From IMG/VR virus record IMGVR_UViG_3300020045_003930, positions 1 through 33,610 of that record: 33,610 nucleotides of DNA; one strand, 5' to 3'. Position numbers and translations under genes: made by a program. Shown in pieces: positions 25,167-32,574 of this stretch (within the stretch, counting starts at the first letter, position 1; every line of letters starts with the position of its first letter). This DNA comes from a virus (taxonomy: Duplodnaviria; Caudoviricetes). Below the pieces are notes generated by a model. It worked only from the letters and a program-made list of their open reading frames with translations, ran no database searches and was not told the origin of the DNA.

Positions 25167-26589
25167 TGAAAAGATGGCCGTTAAAGCGGCCATGCAGGTA
25201 GATCACTTATTCTTTGCGCGTTACTTTTTCCGCGTTCGTGAGGGTGTCAAGTTTCGCATTAACTGGCATCACAAAGCCATTGCTGATGCGCTTGAAAAAG
25301 TCATCCAAGGCGAGACTAAGCGGCTGATTATTAACGTGCCTCCAGGGAGTTCAAAGACTGAGCTAGCGGTGATTAACTTCATTGCGCGTGGATTGGCTTT
25401 GAACAATAGGTCTCGGTTCTTGCACCTATCCTACTCATCAGACTTAGCAGAGCTGAATTCAGCGAAGGCTAAGGAGCTTATCAGCTCGGCTGAATATCAA
25501 GAGTTATTCCCGTTACCTATAAAATCAGACTCCAATGCACGCGGGAGGTGGAACGTCGTAGGCAATGACGGTATATCCATTGGTGGGTGCTACGCCACTT
25601 CAACGCTCGGGCAGGTGACTGGTTTTCGTGCTGGTCACTTATCACCAGGGTTTCAAGGAGCTATCATTATTGATGACCCTTTGAAGCCTGCTGACAGCCT
25701 TTCAAAGACTAAACGTGATTCTGTCAACAATGCGTTTATAAACACGGTGCAGAGCCGTAAGGCTTCTCCTGATACGCCTATCATCGTTATCATGCAGCGC
25801 CTGGCTGACGAGGATTTAACAGGGTTCCTGTTGGGTGGTGGTGACGGGCATGAGTGGACGCATATCAAGATACCGGCAATCAATGGCGACGGTGAAAGCT
25901 ACTGGCCAGAGAAGGAGCCATTAGATAGCCTGTTGCAGCTAAAGGAAAAAGGCAATTTCACATTTGAGGGGCAGTATCAGCAGGAGCCTTATGTTCTTGG
26001 TGGTGAGTTGCTACGTGGCGAATGGTTCGGAAGGTACAGCGCATTGCCTGACTGGCGCGAGTTCTCTCGGCGTGCTGTGTTCGCTGATACGGCTCAAAAG
26101 ACTGGTGAACAAAACGACTACACGGTATTCCTTGACGCCGTGTTGCTTCGCACTGGTAAGATTTTGATTCTGAATGTATGGCGCAAGAAGGTTGACGCCG
26201 TTGGACTGTTGGCTATGGCTAAAGACATTTGGGCCAGTGTGTCTGTCAATAATGGCGGCCAGGCTATGCCTCCAGCGTCGGCGCTTTACATCGAGGATAA
26301 GGCCAGCGGTACAGGTCTTATCCAGCAGCTACAGCAAAACGAGAATTTTGTGCCAGTGATAGCCGTGCAGCGTACCAAGGATAAGCTAACCCGCATGATG
26401 GAAGTTCAGCCGCGTATTCAAGCCGGTGCCGTGCTATTGCCTGAGTACGCGCCGTGGGTTGTTGATTTTGTTAGTGAGTGTGAGGCGTTTACAGCCAATG
26501 ACAGCCATAAAAATGATGACCAGATTGACCCGTTGATTGACGCTGTTAACACGTTTCTCGCTGGGACTAGTTGGTCCGTCTGGTCGTAA
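25153..26589 (+). CDS. terL: Terminase large subunit
   Basis: INVPPGSSKT, IIIDDP.K, IMQRL, YQQ.P, ADTA.K, IEDKASG and DDQID. Confidence 0.95.
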   Translation: MLTSDEKMAVKAAMQVDHLFFARYFFRVREGVKFRINWHHKAIADALEKVIQGETKRLIINVPPGSSKTELAVINFIARGLALNNRSRFLHLSYSSDLAELNSAKAKELISSAEYQELFPLPIKSDSNARGRWNVVGNDGISIGGCYATSTLGQVTGFRAGHLSPGFQGAIIIDDPLKPADSLSKTKRDSVNNAFINTVQSRKASPDTPIIVIMQRLADEDLTGFLLGGGDGHEWTHIKIPAINGDGESYWPEKEPLDSLLQLKEKGNFTFEGQYQQEPYVLGGELLRGEWFGRYSALPDWREFSRRAVFADTAQKTGEQNDYTVFLDAVLLRTGKILILNVWRKKVDAVGLLAMAKDIWASVSVNNGGQAMPPASALYIEDKASGTGLIQQLQQNENFVPVIAVQRTKDKLTRMMEVQPRIQAGAVLLPEYAPWVVDFVSECEAFTANDSHKNDDQIDPLIDAVNTFLAGTSWSVWS

Positions 26590-26609
26590 AAAAAGCCCCG
26601 AAGGGCTTT
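26588..26609 (-). terminator. Intrinsic terminator for reverse island 1 (weakly bidirectional)
   Basis: Minus strand reads AAAGCCC-TTCG-GGGC-TTTTTTT. Confidence 0.85.
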
Positions 26610-26611
26610 GA

Positions 26612-26869
26612 TTAAGGCTGAACAATCCCCCACTTAGCAGGCATTGTCTCAGTGCTAGTCCATCCGTCTTCGATTAGCTGGCGGGCTAGCATACGATTGG
26701 CCGCAAAGATAAAGTAAAAGTTAGCCAGTCCGAAGCTGAACAGGCTTACGGCTGCTAGGCCGTATTGCTTGCGGATAAGCAAAGCTAGGACGCCGAAGCA
26801 GAAGATTGTCCAGCTAAAGCCGACTTTGACTTCTTTAGTCAGGCCGTTTTTGTTGAATTTGATGTGCAT
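26612..26869 (-). CDS. Small membrane protein (DUF2628/HrgC-like)
   Basis: KEVKVGFSWTIFCFG...LIR..two TMs..N......L...GW. Confidence 0.7.
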   Translation of the reverse strand: MHIKFNKNGLTKEVKVGFSWTIFCFGVLALLIRKQYGLAAVSLFSFGLANFYFIFAANRMLARQLIEDGWTSTETMPAKWGIVQP

Positions 26870-27181
26870 TTAGATTACCTCTGCTTTGATAAGTTTGTTG
26901 GTTTCGCCGTTGAAGGTTAGTTTAAGGTTGTCTGTGTCAAATTGAGTTTGATTAAAATTTCCGCAAAGATCGACAGAATAAAAATCAATTCCTTTGAATT
27001 CGTCAACCCAAGCATACAAAACAACATCAGGCTTAGGCTCTGGTTTGATGCGGTATTCGTTATTAGGATGCCATCCTATATTTTCCAAAGAATTCCAATT
27101 ACCGGCAAATGTTTTTACTTCAATCTCAGCCCCATCAGCCCAAGCCTTGATGAGTTCTGCGTGTTTGCGTGGTGTTTTCAT
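26870..27181 (-). CDS. Phage protein (KHAELIKAWADGAEIE..YRIKP family)
   Basis: Widespread phage motif. Confidence 0.75.
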   Translation of the reverse strand: MKTPRKHAELIKAWADGAEIEVKTFAGNWNSLENIGWHPNNEYRIKPEPKPDVVLYAWVDEFKGIDFYSVDLCGNFNQTQFDTDNLKLTFNGETNKLIKAEVI

Positions 27182-27411
27182 GATGGTTCCTTTTGTTGTT
27201 TTATAGCTTGTTTATGATGTGCTACGCCAGCATTATGGCCTAGCTGATAGCTGTTCTCCGAGTTAGCTTGCCAACCTTCCCATCGGTGTTGTTGGGCGCT
27301 TTCTCTGTACTTGCAGTTGAGCGCCGTGCATGGCCTATTTGGTTCTGTGCAATATCCGAACGTTGATAAGTGCCATGATTCAAAGCGTTCGCGGAAGTTT
27401 TGGTTTCCCAT
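27178..27411 (-). CDS. Small phage protein
   Basis: AAGGAAAC RBS. RERFESW..Y..Q..WEGWQA. Confidence 0.7.
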   Translation of the reverse strand: MGNQNFRERFESWHLSTFGYCTEPNRPCTALNCKYRESAQQHRWEGWQANSENSYQLGHNAGVAHHKQAIKQQKEPS

Positions 27412-27444
27412 GCGTTTCCTTTAAATGCCCCGTGGGGCGGTTGA

Positions 27445-27639
27445 TTAAGCTGCTAATTCAGCGAGTAATTCATCGTCACTCATATCGCAAGTTGGAAAGT
27501 TTTTCTCTTCGCTTGCAACTTCTTTTTCAAGTTGCTTAACCCAAACGCTACGCAATGCTTTTTCGCCTTCTGTTTTGGCGTTAGCCAAACGGCTGCGTTC
27601 GTTTGACAGAGATACTTGCAAGGCGTTTAAGTGGGTCAT
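27445..27639 (-). CDS. Small helical protein, first gene of island 1 (64 aa)
   Basis: Start moved to ATG 27639 in AGGATACGAAATG. Ends MSDDELLAELAA. Confidence 0.7.
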   Translation of the reverse strand: MTHLNALQVSLSNERSRLANAKTEGEKALRSVWVKQLEKEVASEEKNFPTCDMSDDELLAELAA

Positions 27640-27669
27640 TTCGTATCCTAGTTGGTTGCTGATGTGTTC

Positions 27670-27748
27670 ATTGTAGCGCAAAAAATCACACTTTTCCGGG
27701 TTTCCGCATTTATTTTGCAAAAATAGGGAAAACCCCTAGAATCACGGC
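27670..27748. promoter_or_regulatory. Divergent promoters for island 1 and portal, with palindrome TAGGG-N5-CCCTA
   Basis: Leftward TGCGC-TACAAT at 27680-27670. Rightward TTGCAA(27715)-N16-TAGAAT(27737)-N6-ATG. Palindrome at 27724-27738. Confidence 0.65.
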
Positions 27749-29110
27749 ATGACTAAACCAACAGGCAACCCCGTAGGCAGACCACGCAAAGACGCAGCAC
27801 AGCGTGATGATGGGCCTTGGCTTAACGCAATTTCAACCCTTGGCTCCAGCCGTGACTCCATCAGCTATAACAAAGCCTCTCCGGTGCGTTACTTCTCTGA
27901 GTTGGAGCTAACTGACTTATACATTGGTGACGGCTTCGCTAGGCGCATTGTGGATGTGACTGCCACGGATATGACTCGGGCAGGGTTCTGCATCGAGGTT
28001 GAGGGCCAAGACGAATCAGAAGAGGAGTCAGCCTACGCGCCTGTTATGGTGAGACTGGAAGAGTTGCACGCTAATGAGCGACTGACAGACGCGCTGAAGC
28101 TGGAGGCTATTTTCGGCGGGGCCATGATCGTCATGGGTATAAAAGATGGGGGAGACTTGGCAGAGCCTTTGAATGATCGCGCTGTGCAAGACATAGAGTT
28201 CCTGCGCGTCTATGACCGCTATCACGTTAGCAGAATGGAGAAGTACACAGACCCTGCGGACATGCGTTATGGTGAGACTAAGACCTATCTAGTGAGTCCG
28301 TCTAATGCCACGCCTTACTTAGTCCATGAGTCGCGCTGCCTGATATTCCCAGGTGAGTTCGTTCCTGAGTCCATGCGTGACTTGCAGGACGGTTGGGGAG
28401 TGTCGGCGTTGGCGAAGTGTTGGTATCAGTTGCAACGCTTGGGGGTGTCTCACCAGTGGGCAGAGAAGCTACTGGAGAAGTCACAACAGGGAGTTGCTAA
28501 GTTTTCAGGCTTGTCTCAGCAGCTTATGGCTCCAGGCGGTCAACAGGCGGTTATCAACCGGCTGAACATGCTTGACATGAGCCGCAACGCTATCAATTCG
28601 GTAGCCATCGACGCGCTTGATGAATACACCATCACGTCAAACAGCTTTACCGGCTTGCCTGACTTGCTAGACCGCTTTGCACAGGCTCTGAGCGCAGTTA
28701 CAGGGATGCCCAAGACGCTGCTAATGGGTGAGCAGTCCAAAGGACTTAATAACTCACAGCAAGGTGACTTGCAGAACTGGTATTCGTCAATAGAGCAAAA
28801 GCAGCGCACCCAGTTATTGCAGCCGATTGACCGCTTGGTGACGTTGCTGGCCACGGCCAAAAAGATCACTAATCAAAATTACCTGATTGAGTTTGAAGGC
28901 TTGGATATCCCTGACGAAAAGACTGAGGCGGAGACTGAAAAGCTAGAAGCCGAAAAGGAAAAGATAAAAGCCGACACTGCCGCCGTGTACGTCACTGCTG
29001 GGGCGCTTGATCCTTCGGAGTTACGTCAGACGCTGATTGATGAGGGTAAGTATGTGATGGATGCAAGCATCCAGATCATGCAGGAAGAGGATGACGGGGA
29101 GGCAGTTTGA
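27749..29110 (+). CDS. Portal protein (DUF1073 family)
   Basis: LY....ARRIVD..A.DM.R, VHESR, GWGVS.L, P.T.LMG....GLN and D..NWY. Lies between TerL and gpF. Confidence 0.88.
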   Translation: MTKPTGNPVGRPRKDAAQRDDGPWLNAISTLGSSRDSISYNKASPVRYFSELELTDLYIGDGFARRIVDVTATDMTRAGFCIEVEGQDESEEESAYAPVMVRLEELHANERLTDALKLEAIFGGAMIVMGIKDGGDLAEPLNDRAVQDIEFLRVYDRYHVSRMEKYTDPADMRYGETKTYLVSPSNATPYLVHESRCLIFPGEFVPESMRDLQDGWGVSALAKCWYQLQRLGVSHQWAEKLLEKSQQGVAKFSGLSQQLMAPGGQQAVINRLNMLDMSRNAINSVAIDALDEYTITSNSFTGLPDLLDRFAQALSAVTGMPKTLLMGEQSKGLNNSQQGDLQNWYSSIEQKQRTQLLQPIDRLVTLLATAKKITNQNYLIEFEGLDIPDEKTEAETEKLEAEKEKIKADTAAVYVTAGALDPSELRQTLIDEGKYVMDASIQIMQEEDDGEAV

Positions 29111-29910
29111 AAACTGCCACGCTGAAACCGCCAGATCAGGTGGAGAGGGAGTATCAAAGATTGTTGCAATGGTACGTGCGCCAGATCGTAGCCAGTACGC
29201 GGCGCATCGTCATGCCTAAGCTGCCGATCATACTTAGCCAAGCCAAGGCAGAGCTAACGCGGGACGGGTACGCGGAGGATTTAGCGGTAGTCATGGCGCT
29301 GTTGCTGGATGCCATTTTGTCGGACGGGCGAGTAGTTGACTTGCGTTTACCGGGTATCTTTGCGCTATTGGCTAAGACCAATGACAGGGCGTTGATTATG
29401 GCGGTTAAGGCGTCTACTGGGGTGACGTTGCCGCCTTCTGTGCCGGGTGCTAGTCGGTCTGTTTTAGGTCTCGATATTTATAGGGCAGAGCCGTGGCTAG
29501 CCGATATGCAGCGCGCATGGGTTAAGCAAAACGTGGGCTTAGTTACGTCGATTGGTACTCAGTATCACGGCCAGCTTGAGACAATTATTCAGCAGGGAGT
29601 GCTAAACGGTAGCTCTGTTAAACAGGTTTCAGATCAGATTCAGAAGCAATTCGGAGTTACCAAGAATAGGGCAACGCTTATTGCGCAAGATCAGGTATTA
29701 GGCGCGGCAGCTAGGCTAACCCAGATCAGGGCTGAATCCATAGGAGTAAAGCAATACGAATGGGCTACCGTTGGAGATAGTCGGGTTCGTCCTGAGCATG
29801 TCGAGTTAAGTGGCAAGCTGTTTAGCTGGGATAAGCCGCCTAGCGTTGGGCATCCTGGGACGCCGATTAGGTGTCGGTGCCGAGCTTCACTTGTGCTGCC
29901 TGAGTTCTAA
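29107..29910 (+). CDS. Minor head protein (Mu gpF / SPP1 gp7 family)
   Basis: RATLIAQDQ, Y.W.T.GD.RVR..H and HPG.PIRCRC. Confidence 0.9.
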   Translation: MKTATLKPPDQVEREYQRLLQWYVRQIVASTRRIVMPKLPIILSQAKAELTRDGYAEDLAVVMALLLDAILSDGRVVDLRLPGIFALLAKTNDRALIMAVKASTGVTLPPSVPGASRSVLGLDIYRAEPWLADMQRAWVKQNVGLVTSIGTQYHGQLETIIQQGVLNGSSVKQVSDQIQKQFGVTKNRATLIAQDQVLGAAARLTQIRAESIGVKQYEWATVGDSRVRPEHVELSGKLFSWDKPPSVGHPGTPIRCRCRASLVLPEF

Positions 29911-30248
29911 CTAGATAAATATGGGCGGTTTCCATTGGAAACATAGTGATTATTAAGATCGTTTAAATCATGCAATGTAAACGGTTTCTCCGGGTCTTCT
30001 GAGTCAGAGCAATACCAAACGCTATCAACATTTTCAGCCTCCATAAGGCACAAAATAAGACCTGAAATCTTCGGCCAGTCGCCGCGCTCATATCCTTTTC
30101 CGTAATAACGCCAGTATGAATCTATAGAATGTGTGGCGCATTCTGGAATGTAGCAAGATTTTGATACTGATGCGCCTTCAATCCAATTGGTGCAATTTGG
30201 CTCTTCACCGTCTTTTGTTTTCACATAAAAGCAAGCATCTAAACCCAT
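29907..30248 (-). CDS. Hypothetical protein (island 2)
   Basis: Likely start ATG 30248 after ACGGAG. WRYYGKGYERGDWP. Confidence 0.65.
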   Translation of the reverse strand: MGLDACFYVKTKDGEEPNCTNWIEGASVSKSCYIPECATHSIDSYWRYYGKGYERGDWPKISGLILCLMEAENVDSVWYCSDSEDPEKPFTLHDLNDLNNHYVSNGNRPYLSS

Positions 30249-30273
30249 GATTAACTCCGTTTTTATATTAGTT

Positions 30274-30293
30274 ATAACAATGTATAACAATGT
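30274..30293. repeat. Perfect tandem 10-bp repeat ATAACAATGT x2 in a promoter-like region
   Basis: Seen directly. Overlaps a leftward TGT-TATAAC and lies next to TAGACA. Confidence 0.6.
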
Positions 30294-30327
30294 CTAACTA
30301 GTTCTAAGGTGTTTTGGTTAGAACTGC

Positions 30328-30543
30328 TTATAGTTCCGGCCTGTCATTGCAATATGGGCTGTATTCACCATCGCCATATTTATTAAGATCGTCAGCGCAT
30401 TCATGGTGCATCTTGTTTGTAAACCAAGAATCATCGACAGACTTCCACATGTTGTAACTTTCGCCTTTATTGATTGGCTCGCTGCAATATGTGCAAGTGT
30501 GTTTTTTATTTGCAATACGATTTACAGGTTTAGTGCAAAACAT
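30328..30543 (-). CDS. Small Zn-finger protein
   Basis: A.K.H.C..C...I.KGE.Y..H..C. Confidence 0.7.
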   Translation of the reverse strand: MFCTKPVNRIANKKHTCTYCSEPINKGESYNMWKSVDDSWFTNKMHHECADDLNKYGDGEYSPYCNDRPEL

Positions 30544-30545
30544 TA

Positions 30546-30737
30546 TTAACTCCCATCCCTAGCCAACAAAAGAGACTCAATAGCCACACCAGATAACTGA
30601 ATCTCCAGCGCCCGCCATAGCACAGCCGTAGTGCTTGCGTGGTAGTCGCATGGCAGTACACCGTCTGAGTCAGCTATGCACTGGTGAGCACAGCCGATAA
30701 CGGTATGGGCGGCTAGGGTTTCTTGGGCGTTAGTCAT
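30546..30737 (-). CDS. Small hypothetical protein
   Basis: Likely start ATG 30737, overlapping the upstream ORF end. Confidence 0.55.
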   Translation of the reverse strand: MTNAQETLAAHTVIGCAHQCIADSDGVLPCDYHASTTAVLWRALEIQLSGVAIESLLLARDGS

Positions 30738-30909
30738 TGGTTGACTCTTCTTCAATCCGAGTCTTTGAGTGCTTTACACGGTCTCCACAAATACATGCGC
30801 TTGTAATCTCGCTTTGAAATAGGCTACTGACTTCAGACTTTGAACGCTTACAAAATGAGCATTTAGGTTCAATTTCTTTGGGCTTTTGGAAATGGATGAT
30901 GTTTTTCAT
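30730..30909 (-). CDS. Stand-alone ClpX C4-type zinc-finger-like protein (59 aa)
   Basis: CSFCKRSKSEVSSLF......CICGDRV, compared with ClpX CSFCGKSQ.EV.KLI.....ICDECV. Likely start ATG 30909. Confidence 0.7.
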   Translation of the reverse strand: MKNIIHFQKPKEIEPKCSFCKRSKSEVSSLFQSEITSACICGDRVKHSKTRIEEESTND

Positions 30910-31010
30910 AACCAAACTATGCCACAAAGAAAATCAAAGTCTATTAGGGTTTTCACTGATTGACATTGCATTTATTTGCATTAGGTTTTGCGATATGATA
31001 TAAACTCAAT
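30910..31010. promoter_or_regulatory. Divergent promoters for island 2 and the capsid operon
   Basis: Leftward TAGACT-N16-CATAGT-N6-ATG with a TGTGG extension. Rightward TTGCAT(30976)-N17-TATAAA(30999)-N6-ATG with a TGn extension. Confidence 0.65.
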
Positions 31011-32105
31011 ATGACCGTTCAAAGATACGATTACGCGCCAATCAAGGCAAGCATTACAGAGGATGGCTATTTGACAGATAGCCCGGTAATCGCTCGCGTT
31101 GGCATTCAGTCGTATCAGTTGGCAGATGGAACAATCCGCAAAGAACTGCGAATGCCTAAGGATGTTTTTGATGCTGAATCACTGGCATCATTCGCAGGTA
31201 AGCCATTGACAGACGATCATCCAAGCGAAAAAGTAAGCGCCAAGAATTTCAAAAAATATGCCATTGGTGTTATGACTGGCGCAGCTTACCAAGATGGCGA
31301 CAATGTGCGAGTGCCTTTGGTCATGCATGATGGAGAGGCTGTTGATAAAGCAATTAAAGGCGGTAAGCGCGAATTGTCAGTAGGCTATTCTGTCGTATTG
31401 GACGAAACCCCCGGAATCTGGAATGGCGAGGCCTATCAAGCTCGCCAGACTATGATACGTGCGAATCATTTGAGCCTTGTAAAAAAGGGTCGAGCCGGTA
31501 ATGCACGTTTAACTCTTGACCGCTTTGATGCGGTTTCATTAATTGAAGAAACGGAGCCAAGTATGAGCGATCTAAGCTCGATTAAGTTGGATTCGGGCTT
31601 GTCGTATAGCGCGGCTCCCGAGGTAGTTATTGAGGTAGAGCGATTGCGCGCTGATGCCTTGAATTTCAAAACCCAGTCCGAAGCTCAAAAAGCCGAAGCT
31701 GAAAAGCTGGCCGGTGAGCGTGATACGCTGAAGGCCCGCGTTGATGGCTTTGCCGCTGAGTTGGCTAAGGTCAAAACTGACGCTCTGGAATCTGCCCGCG
31801 CAGAGATCAAAGCCCGCGCCGAGTTGGATAAAGCTGCCGAAGGCTTCAAGGTTGATTGCGCTGGCAAGTCTGACCGAGAAGTTAAGGAAGCCGTCATCAA
31901 GGCCGTGCGTGCTGACGCCGATCTTACCGGTAAGTCTGACGAATACGTCAATGCGGCTTTTGATATGTCTGTCAGCATGAAAGCTGATGCGGCTATGCAG
32001 GGGCAGCGTAAACAGGCCATGAATAACGATGGCGCTGGCGTGGCTAAAACGGCTGCTCAGAAGTACGTCGAATACAAACAATCTCTGTCTAAGAAAGGCG
32101 CTTAA
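31011..32105 (+). CDS. DUF2213 head maturation (protease-like) protein with scaffold-like coiled coil
   Basis: T.DGYL..ARVGIQ.Y, SLASF.GKPLTDDHP, RELSVGY and NHL.LV..GRAG. Confidence 0.9.
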   Translation: MTVQRYDYAPIKASITEDGYLTDSPVIARVGIQSYQLADGTIRKELRMPKDVFDAESLASFAGKPLTDDHPSEKVSAKNFKKYAIGVMTGAAYQDGDNVRVPLVMHDGEAVDKAIKGGKRELSVGYSVVLDETPGIWNGEAYQARQTMIRANHLSLVKKGRAGNARLTLDRFDAVSLIEETEPSMSDLSSIKLDSGLSYSAAPEVVIEVERLRADALNFKTQSEAQKAEAEKLAGERDTLKARVDGFAAELAKVKTDALESARAEIKARAELDKAAEGFKVDCAGKSDREVKEAVIKAVRADADLTGKSDEYVNAAFDMSVSMKADAAMQGQRKQAMNNDGAGVAKTAAQKYVEYKQSLSKKGA

Positions 32106-32107
32106 TC

Positions 32108-32563
32108 ATGTCGCAAACTACTGTAACCCAATACGGCGCTGTTGCCTTCGCCGGTATGCTTGACGGCATCGGTGAGAAGGCCGTGCGTTCTTACGCTGCT
32201 GAAGAGATTATCCCCATTGCTTACCCTGTCAAGCTTGGTACCAATGGCGAGAAGCAAGTGCTCAAAACTACTTCAGGCGCTCTGTCGGTTGGCTTCGCGT
32301 TGCACGATCATGCCCGTGAACAAAACGGCGGCGGCACTGTGCAATACGCTGCTAAGGAAACCGTGTCTGTGCTGACTCAGGGTCGCTTCTGGGTTCCTAC
32401 TTCTGACGCTGTTGTCGCTGGTGCAGTCGCTAACTTGACCGTGGCTACTGGTGCCCTGACTGATGCCGCTGTTGCTGCTGGTATCGAGGCTTTCACACAG
32501 TTCTCTGCCCGCTTTGTCACTGCCACGACTGGCGCTGGCTTGGCTATTGTTGAAATCAAATAA
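32108..32563 (+). CDS. Head decoration/cement protein
   Basis: Small Ala/Gly/Thr-rich ORF between DUF2213 and the capsid. VSVLTQGRFWV. Confidence 0.75.
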   Translation: MSQTTVTQYGAVAFAGMLDGIGEKAVRSYAAEEIIPIAYPVKLGTNGEKQVLKTTSGALSVGFALHDHAREQNGGGTVQYAAKETVSVLTQGRFWVPTSDAVVAGAVANLTVATGALTDAAVAAGIEAFTQFSARFVTATTGAGLAIVEIK

Positions 32564-32574
32564 GGAACTAAATC

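Noticed and set aside
27749-29110. Anti-CBASS Acb1, a label sometimes attached to DUF1073 proteins
   Set aside because: Size and position fit a portal, and no 2H-phosphodiesterase domain (paired HxT motifs) is evident.
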